From assembly GCA_029557395.1 (NCBI GenBank), contig JAKQIK010000011.1, positions 1 through 42,057 on the forward strand: 42,057 nucleotides of DNA. The letters are read 5' to 3'. The DNA comes from a bacterium (GTDB lineage Bacteria > Patescibacteriota > Saccharimonadia > Saccharimonadales > JACDBH01). Positions 7,846 through 18,010 of the stretch are shown here, one piece after another. Positions within the stretch are counted from its first letter, which is position 1. Each line of letters opens with the position of its first letter. Made by a program: the position numbers and the translations under genes. The notes beneath the pieces were generated by a model. It worked only from the letters and a program-made list of their open reading frames with translations. It searched no databases and had not been told where the DNA came from.

Positions 7846-8994
7846 TTATTGTTGGTTGATTTTTTGGATTTCTTGTTTGGCGGTATTCCAAATTTCTGGG
7901 GTTTGACGGCTTTTCTTGAGCTGGAACCACCACTCTACTCCCCACAAATCAAATCTTTTCATCCCGGTGTCTTTGGCATATTGTATACGTTTTGATAGTT
8001 TTTCTGGGTTCATGGTTTTGTATAGTTCGTCGATAGATTCAGTACGCATAGACCGGTTCTCGGGAAGCCAGGCTTCGGTCTGCAGTTCGTGAATAAAAGT
8101 ATTCCGGCTAGTTGTAAGCTCGGTGGCGCCGGCTAGAAATCCGTAAAACCAAGCTGGAATCGGATATTCAAAATACCGTTTTGTGATAGTTTTGTCCCAG
8201 ACTCGTTTGTAGATTGATGCGGCTACTATATCTGCTCTAGGCTGGTTAATAGGCCAACTAACAGTGGCGTTATTGCTCCGGCTAACAATAATAGGATGGT
8301 TTGGATCTTTGGATTTTACAAAATCAAACTCCTCAACCAACCTATCACGACTATGGTCTGGGCATTGTCCAAAAACATCGAGGAAATATTCATTTTCAAG
8401 CTGGTATGATTCGAGGGCTGGGCTATCTTTGTAGCGATTGATGGTCATGTCCATATAATCAAGCAAGTCTTCTTTCCATTCTGGCTTTGACTTTATCATA
8501 GCCCACTCGGGTCCATGGCACTCGGGCCATCTTGGTTGTCGGAGTCCTATGGCTAAGCTGACCTTTCCACCAGCTTTTTCTATCATAGCCATCTGCCAAT
8601 CTAATTCACTAAAATCATATTGACCCTCTTTTGGCTCGATATTTTTCCAATAACTCACGAGCCTAAAATGCTTGATGCCTAGGTCGTTTATCATTGCGTC
8701 CAGTGTTTCTTGTGGGTCGACCTGAAGGTAGCGGGCGTAGTCTGGTATAAAGGTAGCTCCGACTATTAGTGGTTCGTTTTTGTGTTTGTTTATATACCAC
8801 TGTGCAATACCGTACATGCCACCAAAAAATAAAACGGCCAGCACAGTTAGACCAATCGCTAGCCGTTGCCAAAATTTATGTCTTACTGACCAAGCCGTGA
8901 AATTATACCAAAACACCTGCCAGAACCCAGCATTTGCCGGTGGCTTTTTAAAACTTGATGTATGTTTTACCTTAGGTTGTTTTGGTTTAGTCAT
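7846..8994 (-). CDS. Membrane-anchored TIM-barrel glycoside hydrolase (clan GH-A-like; family not assignable by eye)
   Basis: N-terminal TM helix. WKNIEPKEGQYDFSELDWQM...GGKVSLAIG and QLENEYF (NE acid/base motif) are typical of GH5/GH35/GH42-type enzymes. Confidence 0.65.
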   Translation of the reverse strand: MTKPKQPKVKHTSSFKKPPANAGFWQVFWYNFTAWSVRHKFWQRLAIGLTVLAVLFFGGMYGIAQWYINKHKNEPLIVGATFIPDYARYLQVDPQETLDAMINDLGIKHFRLVSYWKNIEPKEGQYDFSELDWQMAMIEKAGGKVSLAIGLRQPRWPECHGPEWAMIKSKPEWKEDLLDYMDMTINRYKDSPALESYQLENEYFLDVFGQCPDHSRDRLVEEFDFVKSKDPNHPIIVSRSNNATVSWPINQPRADIVAASIYKRVWDKTITKRYFEYPIPAWFYGFLAGATELTTSRNTFIHELQTEAWLPENRSMRTESIDELYKTMNPEKLSKRIQYAKDTGMKRFDLWGVEWWFQLKKSRQTPEIWNTAKQEIQKINQQ

Positions 8995-9015
8995 GCTATA
9001 TTAAATTCTAAAGAT

Positions 9016-9873
9016 ATGAAAAACAATAAATCGCTTACGCTAGGTATAGTTATACCAGTTTTTAATGAGCAAGACCAGATAAAAAGTTGCTTGGATTCAA
9101 TCGCAAACCAGTCGGTGTTACCTGATGAGGTGATTGTAGTAGATAATAATTCATCTGATAACACTGCTACTATTGCTTCTGAATATCCTTTTGTGAAAGT
9201 TGTTCAAGAGAGGCAACAAGGCGTACTTTATGCCCGAACTGCCGGATTCAACGCCGTAAAATCGGATATCATCGGCCGTATAGACGCAGAAACACATCTC
9301 AAATCAGACTGGGTTGAGCAAGTAAAACGAATCTTCGAAGATGAATCAATATCTGCTGTCAGCGGTCCTGTAGGTTTCCATGACGCCCCATTTAGAAAGC
9401 TTGGTTTATTTGCCGACAAAAATATTCGAAAAGCTACCTGGAATATAGGTATCAAAGACGACGCGGTATTTTTGTTTGGTAGTAATATGGCAATGCGAAA
9501 AAAAGCTTGGAACAAAGTCAAGAATAAGGTTTGTGCCCGAAAAGATGTTCATGAGGATATTGATTTGGCGATTCATCTTGATCAAATTGGTGAAATAATC
9601 GCTTTTGACGAGACATTAACTGCCATGACCTCATCTAGGCGCATGCAGGATTCAACCCAAGATTTTTATCGTTATTTACAGATTTACAAAGAAACTTATG
9701 CAGTTCATGGTATTCAAAGCCCGGCGGTTGATATGACGGTTATTGTTGTACTATCAGCTAAATTTGGTGTCAATTTATTACAGCGTGCCTATGACCCAAA
9801 AACCCAGCAATTTTCTATTAAGAAATTTATCAAGGGCGGTAGCGAGTCTAGGCAGAGTCCTGTCGAGCTTTAA
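9016..9873 (+). CDS. Family 2 glycosyltransferase
   Basis: LGIVIPVFNEQDQI...EVIVVDNNSSDNT. I prefer the ATG at 9016, because the ORF-track start at 8962 overlaps the divergent GH gene. Confidence 0.9.
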   Translation: MKNNKSLTLGIVIPVFNEQDQIKSCLDSIANQSVLPDEVIVVDNNSSDNTATIASEYPFVKVVQERQQGVLYARTAGFNAVKSDIIGRIDAETHLKSDWVEQVKRIFEDESISAVSGPVGFHDAPFRKLGLFADKNIRKATWNIGIKDDAVFLFGSNMAMRKKAWNKVKNKVCARKDVHEDIDLAIHLDQIGEIIAFDETLTAMTSSRRMQDSTQDFYRYLQIYKETYAVHGIQSPAVDMTVIVVLSAKFGVNLLQRAYDPKTQQFSIKKFIKGGSESRQSPVEL

Positions 9874-9890
9874 TACGTCATTATCATTGG

Positions 9891-10505
9891 TTACTGGGCT
9901 GAATTGGTAGTTTTCTTGTTGCCATTTTGATTGATTTGACATGAACCCCATAAACCCAAGTTTTGTTCGCGGGCTTGTTTTTCTAGGTTTTTGAATTCAT
10001 CCATCTTTTCAAATGGGAATAACACATAAGCAAACCCATAGCCTTGCCCTATTATCTCAGCATTAACTAGACGCCCATCGGGTAAATACACATATCTTAG
10101 TAATCTATTGTAACGATCGCGGTTGGTGTTGGTCGGGTCGGCCTCTAGTCTGACCGGTTGATTGCCGATAAGTGTTTTTGTAAATTCGCTCGCGGCCTTG
10201 CCGAAACATTGCACGGGTACACGTGGATCTTGTGTTTCGGGTGTATCTACGCCTATCATCCTTATTCTCTCGGTATTTCCACTCATATCTACTGTGATAG
10301 TATCGCCGTCTTCAAACGATTTGACAGAGTAAAGGCCCGGTTGGTTTTGCTGTATTGTACTTGGCGTATCTTTTTTTGTGGTATCAATTTTTTTGATGAG
10401 ACCGTATCTTTGGCCAAGCCAAATAGAACCAGCCAGCACCAAACTTGTGCCTGCATAAATTAATTGCCTTTTTTGTCGTTTTGACAATAATTTACGTTTT
10501 GTCAT
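9891..10505 (-). CDS. Membrane-anchored thermonuclease (staphylococcal nuclease family)
   Basis: N-terminal TM helix, then RIRMIGVDTPE, QCFGKAASEF, DRYNRLLRYVY, NAEIIGQGYGFAY. Confidence 0.9.
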   Translation of the reverse strand: MTKRKLLSKRQKRQLIYAGTSLVLAGSIWLGQRYGLIKKIDTTKKDTPSTIQQNQPGLYSVKSFEDGDTITVDMSGNTERIRMIGVDTPETQDPRVPVQCFGKAASEFTKTLIGNQPVRLEADPTNTNRDRYNRLLRYVYLPDGRLVNAEIIGQGYGFAYVLFPFEKMDEFKNLEKQAREQNLGLWGSCQINQNGNKKTTNSAQ

Positions 10506-10508
10506 AGC

Positions 10509-11521
10509 TTAACCTTTGTTGTTTAGAGATTGCGGAGGCTTGACCAAGAACGACCCCAATATACCACTGAGTAGCAAGAATCCGATAACTGCCAGGGATA
10601 TATTTGTCGAAATATGTGTTCCAAACCAGCTGTAACCAAATATTTCGTTTGGTGCAATAAACATTTTGAAACCGACAAACAATAGCAAGAATCCTAATGC
10701 ATAGTTGAGTAGCCAAAATTGTTCTTTGACAATATCAAACACAAAATACAATGCTCGCATACCCAATATAGCTGCAGCATTACTGGCGATTATAATGAAC
10801 GGTACTCTTGAGACGGCTAATATGGCTGGTACCGAATCAACAGCAAAGACTACATCTGTAAACTCTACTACTAGTAGTGCCATAAAAAGCATGGTAGCAA
10901 CATGTTTACCATTTTCGACAGTAAATAGTTTGTGTCCGTCAAGGTGCTTGCTAACAGGGATAAACATTTTTGCGATACGGAAGAATTTGCCGTTATGTGG
11001 GTCATACTCATGTTCTTCCTGCGTTCTTAGTAATTTTAGGCCACTCCATATCAAAAGCAGACCAAAGAATATTAGGATTGGTTCAAATCGTTCTATTAGT
11101 GCAACACCGGCAAACACGAAGATGATTCTCAGTACAATAGCACCAAGTACACCCAGAACAGTACACGATGTTGATATTTCTTGGGTATTCTGAAGTAAGT
11201 TAGGATCAGCGACCAGGCAAAAACATTATCTATGGACAACGATTTTTCAACTAGATAGCCACTAAAATACTGCGTTCCCGCTTCGCCGCCATAAACCTTC
11301 CAGATAACAACACCCAATAGTACGCCAAGGACAATCCAGCCAATACTTTGAGTGACGGCTTCTTTGAGGGTTGGGATTTTATCTTCTCGGTGCATGACCA
11401 AGATATCAAACAATATTAGCCCTACAAACCAAGCGCCAAGTAGTAGCCAGTGCCACCACTCTACATTAATATTGAGATGTAGAGACTGAGTTGCTTCTGC
11501 AAAGTAAGAAACAGGGCTCAT
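10509..11521 (-). pseudogene. terC: TerC-family integral membrane protein, interrupted by a 1-nt frameshift
   Basis: ORFs 11129-11521 and 10509-11117 are two halves of one TerC-like protein. The first ends ..QHRVLFWVYLVLLY*. The second frame reads upstream as GVLGAIVLRIIFVFAGVALIERF. The two join cleanly if the GGG run (minus strand, 11152-11154) were GGGG. Confidence 0.8.
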
Positions 11522-11522
11522 G

Positions 11523-12092
11523 CTAGTAGTCTATTCCTTCATTGGCTAAGAACTTATCGTCGTAGTGATGTTTCATCTTTGTCATGTGTGTAGCGATATC
11601 TATTTTGTCTAGCAAATCTTCTGGGAAGTTACGTCCTGTTAGGCATATGCTAGTATCTTTTGATCGTGAGTTAATCATCTTTTGTAACTGGGCTTTTGTC
11701 AACAACTTATCAGCTACAGCATTGTTAATTTCATCGCATATTACTAAATCAAATTTACCATTTGTGGCACAATCTAGAGCTATTTGATAAGTATCGTGGG
11801 CAGCTTTTTTATGGTCGGCTTGGCTAATTGCTTCAGCAGAGATATCGCCAGCATTATAAAATCCCTTGCCACCTTTATAAAAAAACAGTTTTTTACCATA
11901 AATAGGCTTGATGTCAGTGATAAATTGGTGCTCACTGACCTGCCAATGTTTAATAAATTGTATATAGGCAACCCTCCAGCCTGCGCCGAGGGCGCGTACC
12001 ATCAGACCTAGGCTAGCGGAAGTTTTGCCTTTGCCTTCGCCGGTGTAGACTATTGCTACTGACTGTTTTGTTTGGTAATCCTCGAAGGCCAC
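11523..12092 (-). CDS. cobO: Cob(I)yrinic acid a,c-diamide / cob(I)alamin adenosyltransferase (CobA/CobO/BtuR family)
   Basis: P-loop YTGEGKGKTSA, IQFIK, LVICDEINNAV, about 190 aa. Confidence 0.8.
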   Translation of the reverse strand: MAFEDYQTKQSVAIVYTGEGKGKTSASLGLMVRALGAGWRVAYIQFIKHWQVSEHQFITDIKPIYGKKLFFYKGGKGFYNAGDISAEAISQADHKKAAHDTYQIALDCATNGKFDLVICDEINNAVADKLLTKAQLQKMINSRSKDTSICLTGRNFPEDLLDKIDIATHMTKMKHHYDDKFLANEGIDY

Positions 12093-12095
12093 TGT

Positions 12096-12356
12096 TTAGC
12101 TGACTAATCCGTGAGATTTTAGAGCATTATCAATTTTTGGCCTGTCAAAGCCAATAATAATATCACCGGCTATATCAATGACGGGTATACCCATTTGCCC
12201 AGATTTTTCGACAGCTTCTTCAGCTAGCTTTCTGTCGGACTCGATATCTTTGACTTCAAATTTCACGCCAAGCTTATTTAGATATTCTATGGCCGCATGA
12301 CAAAACGCACACCAGCTCGCACTATATACTGTAACCATTTTTATCACCCCTTTCAT
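12096..12356 (-). CDS. Glutaredoxin-like (NrdH/YruB-type) small redox protein
   Basis: VTVYSASWCAFCH (CxxC) in an 80-aa thioredoxin-fold-sized ORF, with GIPVIDI following. The start may be the internal ATG (MVTVY). Confidence 0.85.
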   Translation of the reverse strand: MKGVIKMVTVYSASWCAFCHAAIEYLNKLGVKFEVKDIESDRKLAEEAVEKSGQMGIPVIDIAGDIIIGFDRPKIDNALKSHGLVS

Positions 12357-12542
12357 CTTTGATTATACACTCAAACAAAATTTTCATTTATGCACGTATT
12401 ATAACACCTTGCCTGATTTGTACGCTATCAATTAAGTGTAATGGACCTAAGAAGTCGATAGTCAAAGTTTTAAAAAGACTGTTTTAATAGTTAACAGATA
12501 GGTGTATTATTCTAAAAACTTAAACGATAAGCGAGAAAAAAC

Positions 12543-13346
12543 ATGGAAAATAGTTCTCAACCTATCCCACCCCAACAAACACCAAGTACACAGACTGAAC
12601 ATACTGAGGAGTCATCGCCGACGACACCGGTACCGGCACCTTCAGTTAACCAGCCAGCTGAAGCAATTACGATGCCAGATACCTGGCCAGGGGCTTTTGG
12701 TATTTATAATTTATCTAAAAGAATAGTTTTTTTTAATTTATCAACTATCCTAACCCTTGTTATTATCAGCTTTATCGCAAGTATCACTTCTTCTTATATG
12801 AAGTCATTTATGATTGTTAGGCTTGTGATGTCTATTGTTAGTTTGTTGGTGTACGTTGCTATGATCCGGGTTTTGCTTGATAGCGTTAATTCAAAAAAAG
12901 TAGATATTTCTGAGGCAATCAAGTATGCGTTGAACTTTAATCGGGCCGGTAATCTGTTCTTGCTATCAATCCTTTATTTCTTTATCGCTTTCTTTACACT
13001 ATTATTATTTGTCGTTCCTTTTTTTATTGTCATGCCTAGATTAGTTTTGGCACCGTATTTATTGTTCAGAGATAATCTAAACGCCCTAGATGCCATACAG
13101 GCTAGCTGGGATATGACCAAAGGACACGCAGGCAAGGTCTGGGGTATTATTGGTGTTATAATCTTGTTTGCACTTTTGACTGTTGTCCTCGTTGGTATTT
13201 ATCTATTGATAGTTTATACGGCGGCCTTTGTAATATTGATTGAGTTTTTGAGTAAGCAAAAAGCTACGTCTGATGCAACTACTCAGGCAAATTCCCCACA
13301 AGCCCCAGTACCAAGTACTCCTGACTCGGTTTCTACAGTGCAGTAA
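12543..13346 (+). CDS. Hypothetical polytopic membrane protein with P/T/S/Q-rich termini
   Basis: ORF track. Several hydrophobic helices, with low-complexity N- and C-terminal tails. Confidence 0.7.
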   Translation: MENSSQPIPPQQTPSTQTEHTEESSPTTPVPAPSVNQPAEAITMPDTWPGAFGIYNLSKRIVFFNLSTILTLVIISFIASITSSYMKSFMIVRLVMSIVSLLVYVAMIRVLLDSVNSKKVDISEAIKYALNFNRAGNLFLLSILYFFIAFFTLLLFVVPFFIVMPRLVLAPYLLFRDNLNALDAIQASWDMTKGHAGKVWGIIGVIILFALLTVVLVGIYLLIVYTAAFVILIEFLSKQKATSDATTQANSPQAPVPSTPDSVSTVQ

Positions 13347-13474
13347 CCATAACTAAATTTTATCTGAACAAAAGGTAGATTTCGACAAAAAAGTTTGTTT
13401 GGATGCTTACAGTTAATTACAGAGATAAAAAAGCTAGCAAATAATCCCTAAGCTATGTATATTTAAACTGCCTA

Positions 13475-13504
13475 TTGACAAATATTGATATTATGTGATA
13501 CAAT
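13475..13504 (+). promoter_or_regulatory. Candidate sigma70-type promoter of the atp operon
   Basis: TTGACA (13475-13480), 18 nt, TACAAT (13499-13504), preceded by TGTGA. It lies about 80 nt upstream of the first atp ORF. Confidence 0.5.
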
Positions 13505-13585
13505 GAGAATATAGAGTATTGCAGTAAACAATAGACTAATACCGTTAAAAACTTGTCTTAAGCATAAATAATCTGTTATAGTGCG

Positions 13586-13939
13586 ATGCGTATGGGTAGA
13601 AAACACCGCACTAAAAGTAAGCGACGGTCTAGGTATGTAGACCCTGCTGTTGAATCTATAGATCAAATGGCTGTGATTAATGCTCGCGATATGATGTTTG
13701 GAAATCTAGTTAGTATGGGCTGGCGTCTAGCGGTCATGGTTTTATTACCTATTTTTATTGGAGTTCAGATTGATAAATGGTTGGATTCTTCGCCGTCGGT
13801 TACATTGGCGGCTTTTTTTATTGCTATTTTTGGTGCAGGCGTATTAATCTATAGAACGTATAATGAAATGAATAGTCAGTCAGAAATAGACTCAAGGATA
13901 AAGCGTATCAAAAAATCGAGAGGAAAAAATAATGTTTAG
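13586..13939 (+). CDS. AtpZ/AtpI-like small membrane protein of the atp operon
   Basis: Basic N-terminus, then two TM helices (GWRLAVMVLLPIFIGVQIDKW; LAAFFIAIFGAGVLIY). First gene of the atp operon, with an 8-nt overlap with atpB. The exact start is uncertain. Confidence 0.7.
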   Translation: MRMGRKHRTKSKRRSRYVDPAVESIDQMAVINARDMMFGNLVSMGWRLAVMVLLPIFIGVQIDKWLDSSPSVTLAAFFIAIFGAGVLIYRTYNEMNSQSEIDSRIKRIKKSRGKNNV

Positions 13940-14774
13940 TAATCTGATAGCAGGCTTTTTTGCGACAGCCGAGTCTGAGGGGCCGGCAATTCATATAACT
14001 CCAGGTGAGATATTCCAGGTAAACGGTATTAGTATTACCAACTCTATGATCTACGGACTAATATCGTCTATTCTAATCATTGTTTTTTTGATAATTGTGG
14101 CCAGACGTATGACGGTTAAGCCAAAACGTGGGGTGATTCAATTTGTTGAGATTGGTGCTGAGTTTATTGTTAATACAATTCAGAACTCTATGGGATCACG
14201 TAAAAAAGCAATAAAGTATGCACCAATCTTTGCTACCGCTTTTTTCTTTGTTATGTTCAGCAACTGGCTTGGTCTCATACCAGGTTCGGGTGAATCACTT
14301 ATGTATAATAGTCAACCGGTTATTAGGCCTTTTACTGCCGATCTCAATGCTACTTTGGCTGCCTCAACTATCATGATGATACTCGTGCAATATTTTGCAA
14401 TCAAAGAGTCGGGCGTAGCAAAACATATCAGGCATTTTTTTGCTGGTAGCCTCTGGAATCCAGCAACCTATCTCTTGGGAATTTTTGAGGTATTCTCTGA
14501 GTTCACCAAGATATTTAGCTTGGCACTAAGATTATTTTTGAATGTTGCTATTGGTGAAGCTATTATCGCAATTTTTTCATACCTAGGTAGTTTTGCCGCG
14601 CCTATCACTACCCTGCCGATTTTGTTGCTCGAATTATTTATTGGAGCGCTACAGGCTTATATTTTTACAATGTTGACTATTATGTACTTATCAGCAGCGA
14701 TCAAACATGATCATGATGTGGATGAGCTTGAAAGACACGAGCTGGCAAAGGCAGCGACTGCAAAGACAGCATAA
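13932..14774 (+). CDS. atpB: F0F1 ATP synthase subunit a
   Basis: Polytopic protein with a conserved LALRLFLN arginine motif; operon position. Confidence 0.93.
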   Translation: MFSNLIAGFFATAESEGPAIHITPGEIFQVNGISITNSMIYGLISSILIIVFLIIVARRMTVKPKRGVIQFVEIGAEFIVNTIQNSMGSRKKAIKYAPIFATAFFFVMFSNWLGLIPGSGESLMYNSQPVIRPFTADLNATLAASTIMMILVQYFAIKESGVAKHIRHFFAGSLWNPATYLLGIFEVFSEFTKIFSLALRLFLNVAIGEAIIAIFSYLGSFAAPITTLPILLLELFIGALQAYIFTMLTIMYLSAAIKHDHDVDELERHELAKAATAKTA

Positions 14775-14825
14775 TAGTAAAGTTTTTAAGAGTAATATAA
14801 TTTATAAAAGGAGTTAATAACTAAA

Positions 14826-15032
14826 ATGGAACTTGATGTACTAGCAAAAGGTATAATGATGGGATTTGGCATGCTTGGGCCTGCTATCGGTATTGGTTTG
14901 ATTGGTTCTTCATTCATGAACGCTGTCGGACGTAATCCAGAGGCGGCAAAGTATTTTGGACAGATATTTGTGATTATCGCTATCGTTGAGCTAATGGCTC
15001 TCCTAGTGTTTGCATCGCTATTTATAATTTAG
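14826..15032 (+). CDS. atpE: F0F1 ATP synthase subunit c
   Basis: 68-aa helical hairpin with a Gly-rich helix 1 (GPAIGIGLIG), a GRNPE loop and a carboxylate in IVELMAL. There is no S/T after the Glu, so it looks H+-type. AGGAG lies upstream. Confidence 0.95.
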   Translation: MELDVLAKGIMMGFGMLGPAIGIGLIGSSFMNAVGRNPEAAKYFGQIFVIIAIVELMALLVFASLFII

Positions 15033-15058
15033 TAAAAAAGAAGGAATTTAGATAAATA

Positions 15059-15595
15059 ATGCTACCAATATATTTTGCATCTAGCGAGGCGGCTGAAAGT
15101 ACCGGTATCCTTGGCTTTAACATCAAAGCATTTATCATTCAGATAATTACTTTTGTGTTAGTTTTTATCATACTCAAAAAATTCGCATTTAATAAAATCA
15201 TTGCGATCTTAGACGAACGACATAAGGTTATTGATGAGGGTGTTCGTCACGGACAACAAATGCAAAAAGAACGTGAACGGTTTGAAAAAGATACAGCCAA
15301 GATTGCGCGTGAAGCTAGACACCAGGCTGACGAAATAATATCCGACGCTCAAAAAGAATCTAGAGATATTATTCGTGAGGCCGAAAAAGCTGCCCATGTT
15401 AAATCTGAGCGAATGTTGGCCGATGCAGAAGTTCGTATCAATGAAGAGGTCGAACAAGCTCGTCGTAAGCTCGAAAAAGACGTGGCTGAGTTAGTGTCTG
15501 ATGCCACAGAGGCAGTTGTTGAAGAAAAAGTCGACAGCAAAAAAGACACTGAGCTTATCAATAAGGCTATAAAGAAAGGTCGAAAGTCTAAGTAA
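15059..15595 (+). CDS. atpF: F0F1 ATP synthase subunit b
   Basis: A single N-terminal TM helix followed by a long charged coiled-coil; operon position. Confidence 0.9.
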   Translation: MLPIYFASSEAAESTGILGFNIKAFIIQIITFVLVFIILKKFAFNKIIAILDERHKVIDEGVRHGQQMQKERERFEKDTAKIAREARHQADEIISDAQKESRDIIREAEKAAHVKSERMLADAEVRINEEVEQARRKLEKDVAELVSDATEAVVEEKVDSKKDTELINKAIKKGRKSK

Positions 15596-15597
15596 TT

Positions 15598-16008
15598 ATG
15601 CCAGATATTTCACGCAAACAATTGGCAGAACTAATCGGTGAGAAGACACTACATGTACGTGACACTGATAAATTAGTCAAAGAGATTGCTAGTTTTTTTG
15701 TATCATCGGACCATAGTCAGATAGATATAGACTCACTTATGCGTGATGTTATGAAGTATAGGCAAAAACATGGCTTCATCGAAGCTACAGCTGTTAGCGC
15801 GCATGAGTTGGATAAAAAAACCATTGATGAGGTGCATGATCTTTTAAGCGAGTACTTCCCTGGAGCTAAGCATATTAAGGTTAATCATCGAGTAGATACT
15901 AATCTTATTGGTGGTGTCCGGATAGACTTGCCAGCCGAAAGTTTCGATTTATCAGTTAGGTCAAAATTGAATATTTTTAAGAAATTGGTCGCAAAGGAGA
16001 GATTTTAG
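15598..16008 (+). CDS. atpH: F0F1 ATP synthase subunit delta (OSCP), unusually short
   Basis: The C-terminal OSCP signature is present ([13 protein letters not shown]...). It is only 136 aa. The start cannot lie further upstream, because atpF ends 2 nt before it. Confidence 0.85.
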   Translation: MPDISRKQLAELIGEKTLHVRDTDKLVKEIASFFVSSDHSQIDIDSLMRDVMKYRQKHGFIEATAVSAHELDKKTIDEVHDLLSEYFPGAKHIKVNHRVDTNLIGGVRIDLPAESFDLSVRSKLNIFKKLVAKERF

Positions 16009-16010
16009 GT

Positions 16011-17564
16011 ATGGCAACTTTAGGCGATGTTTCTATAGTAGAGCTATCGGCAGATATTAAGGCTGCTATTGCTGAGCTCAAGAAGCGTCCAGAAATTGAG
16101 GATACAGGAATTGTTACACGAGTAGGAGATGGAGTAATTTGGATTTATGGTTTGACATCTGTTGGCTATAACGAGATGGTTGAGCTCGAGTCTGTGGATG
16201 GTGGCGCCGTGACAGCATTTGCCTTTAACCTGGGCCAAGAAGAGATTGGTGCAGTGCTACTTGGTAATGATACCAAGGTCAAAGCTGGTGCAAAAGCCAA
16301 GCGCACTGGTAGGGTTGTAGAAATTCCGGTTGGTCCTGAGTTAGTTGGTCGGGTTGTTGATCCACTGGGTAATCCTTTGGATGGAAAAGGTGCGATAAAA
16401 GCTAAATTACGCGCACCGGCTGAGCAGATTGCACCAGGTGTTCTATCGCGTAAGGGTGTGCATGAACCACTTATGACAGGTATTATTGCAATTGATTCCA
16501 TGGTGCCGATTGGTCGTGGTCAGCGTGAGCTTATTATTGGTGATAGACAGACTGGTAAAACTGCTATTGCCGTAGATACTATGATAAATCAGCACAGACA
16601 AGGGACTAGTGTAATTAACATTTACGTAGCCATTGGTCAAAAAATGAGCAAAATCGCTCGTTTGGTTGAGCGTCTAAAGCGCGAAGGCGTGATGGATCAG
16701 TCAATCGTAGTAGCAACTTCGGCGGCTGACCCAGCGCCAATGCAATACTTAGCTCCTTATGCTGGCTGTGCGATGGGTGAGTACTTCCGAGATAATGCTC
16801 AGCATGCCTTGATAATTTATGATGACTTATCCAAGCACGCTGCTGCTTATCGTCAAATGTCACTATTGCTTCGTCGTCCACCGGGACGTGAGGCCTATCC
16901 TGGTGATGTATTTTATTTGCATTCTAGGCTACTTGAGCGAGCAGCTAAACTTAGCGATAAGCTTGGTGCTGGTTCGCTGACTGCCCTACCGATTATCGAG
17001 ACTCAGGCTGGTGATATTTCGGCTTATATCCCGACTAACGTAATTTCTATTACTGACGGTCAAATATTTATGGAAACAAACCTGTTCTATCAAGGTATTC
17101 GTCCGGCTGTATCGGTTGGCTTGTCTGTGTCGCGTGTCGGTGGATCAGCTCAAACTAAGGCAATCCAATCGGTTGCAAAGTCGCTTCGAGTAGACTTGGC
17201 GCAGTTTCGTGAACTAGCTAGCTTTAGCCAGTTTTCTACAGATTTAGATGCTGAGACAAAACAACGTATCGAGAGAGGACAGAGATTGACGGAGCTACTT
17301 AAACAACCTCAGTTTAGTCCGTATTCTACCTGGCAGATGTATGTCATGCTTCTATCTGCAACAAAAGGTGCTTTTGATAAGGTTTCTGTTGATAAGATCA
17401 AAATAGCTGAAGCAGCCTTGTTCCGCGAATTCAAGAACAAGCACAAGAAGTTACTCGAGGACATTGATAAGGGTCTAGTCCCTGACGATGAAGGTCAACA
17501 AACCATTATTAAATTGGCCGAACAAGTAGCTGATAGCTATAAACCGATAGAGAAAACTGATTAG
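16011..17564 (+). CDS. atpA: F0F1 ATP synthase subunit alpha
   Basis: GDRQTGKT Walker [13 protein letters not shown], full-length similarity to the alpha subunit. Confidence 0.98.
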   Translation: MATLGDVSIVELSADIKAAIAELKKRPEIEDTGIVTRVGDGVIWIYGLTSVGYNEMVELESVDGGAVTAFAFNLGQEEIGAVLLGNDTKVKAGAKAKRTGRVVEIPVGPELVGRVVDPLGNPLDGKGAIKAKLRAPAEQIAPGVLSRKGVHEPLMTGIIAIDSMVPIGRGQRELIIGDRQTGKTAIAVDTMINQHRQGTSVINIYVAIGQKMSKIARLVERLKREGVMDQSIVVATSAADPAPMQYLAPYAGCAMGEYFRDNAQHALIIYDDLSKHAAAYRQMSLLLRRPPGREAYPGDVFYLHSRLLERAAKLSDKLGAGSLTALPIIETQAGDISAYIPTNVISITDGQIFMETNLFYQGIRPAVSVGLSVSRVGGSAQTKAIQSVAKSLRVDLAQFRELASFSQFSTDLDAETKQRIERGQRLTELLKQPQFSPYSTWQMYVMLLSATKGAFDKVSVDKIKIAEAALFREFKNKHKKLLEDIDKGLVPDDEGQQTIIKLAEQVADSYKPIEKTD

Positions 17565-17587
17565 AGTGGGAGAATAGGATTAGTATT

Positions 17588-18010
17588 ATGTCCGAGACCA
17601 ATAAACAATCGGAAATAGTCGGTAGAGATTTCTTCCCGCAAGGTAAGGCTGCCTACGCAATGGCTCATATCGCCTTGTTTGATATACGAGCTACGCTTAT
17701 GGCCTGTGATATGAATGAATCTTCGACAGCTGGTCAAAAAAAGGTAGTCTCAGTGGTGAGAAATACCATAAACCAAATATCTGAATATGATGATCAGGGC
17801 CTATTTCATCCACCTTTAGGTTATTTTTCAGATAAAGTAAAATCTGAACTGGAGTATGCTGAACAAGATGGTGCGTATAAAGCTTCTGACGAATCAGGCT
17901 TGGTGAATTTGGATAGAGAAAAAATCGAAGAAACTTCTATGATGATTATGGCAATAGTGCGTCATGGTGGCTTATATAGTGATTCTTATTCGCGGGAGAT
18001 ACTTGCATAG
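17588..18010 (+). CDS. Orphan 140-aa soluble protein inserted between atpA and atpG
   Basis: ORF track. It starts at an ATG 23 nt after the atpA stop. Its TAG (18008-18010) abuts the atpG ATG (18011). Acidic, no TM helix, no recognised domain. Confidence 0.7.
   Translation: MSETNKQSEIVGRDFFPQGKAAYAMAHIALFDIRATLMACDMNESSTAGQKKVVSVVRNTINQISEYDDQGLFHPPLGYFSDKVKSELEYAEQDGAYKASDESGLVNLDREKIEETSMMIMAIVRHGGLYSDSYSREILA

Noticed and set aside
10705-11193. 162-aa plus-strand ORF opposite terC
   Set aside because: It is antisense to recognisable TerC coding sequence. It is Ser/Thr/Asn-rich and low-complexity, with no start context.
12502-13666. 74-aa ORF (12502-12726, plus strand) and 64-aa ORF (13472-13666, minus strand)
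   Set aside because: The first is an alternative frame over the start of the better-supported 267-aa membrane protein. The second lies across the atp promoter/leader and the start of the AtpZ-like gene.
16044-16881. Four minus-strand ORFs of 64-111 aa inside atpA
   Set aside because: They are antisense to a gene with unambiguous full-length alpha-subunit similarity. They are low-complexity products typical of the reverse frame of a relatively GC-rich, strongly biased gene.
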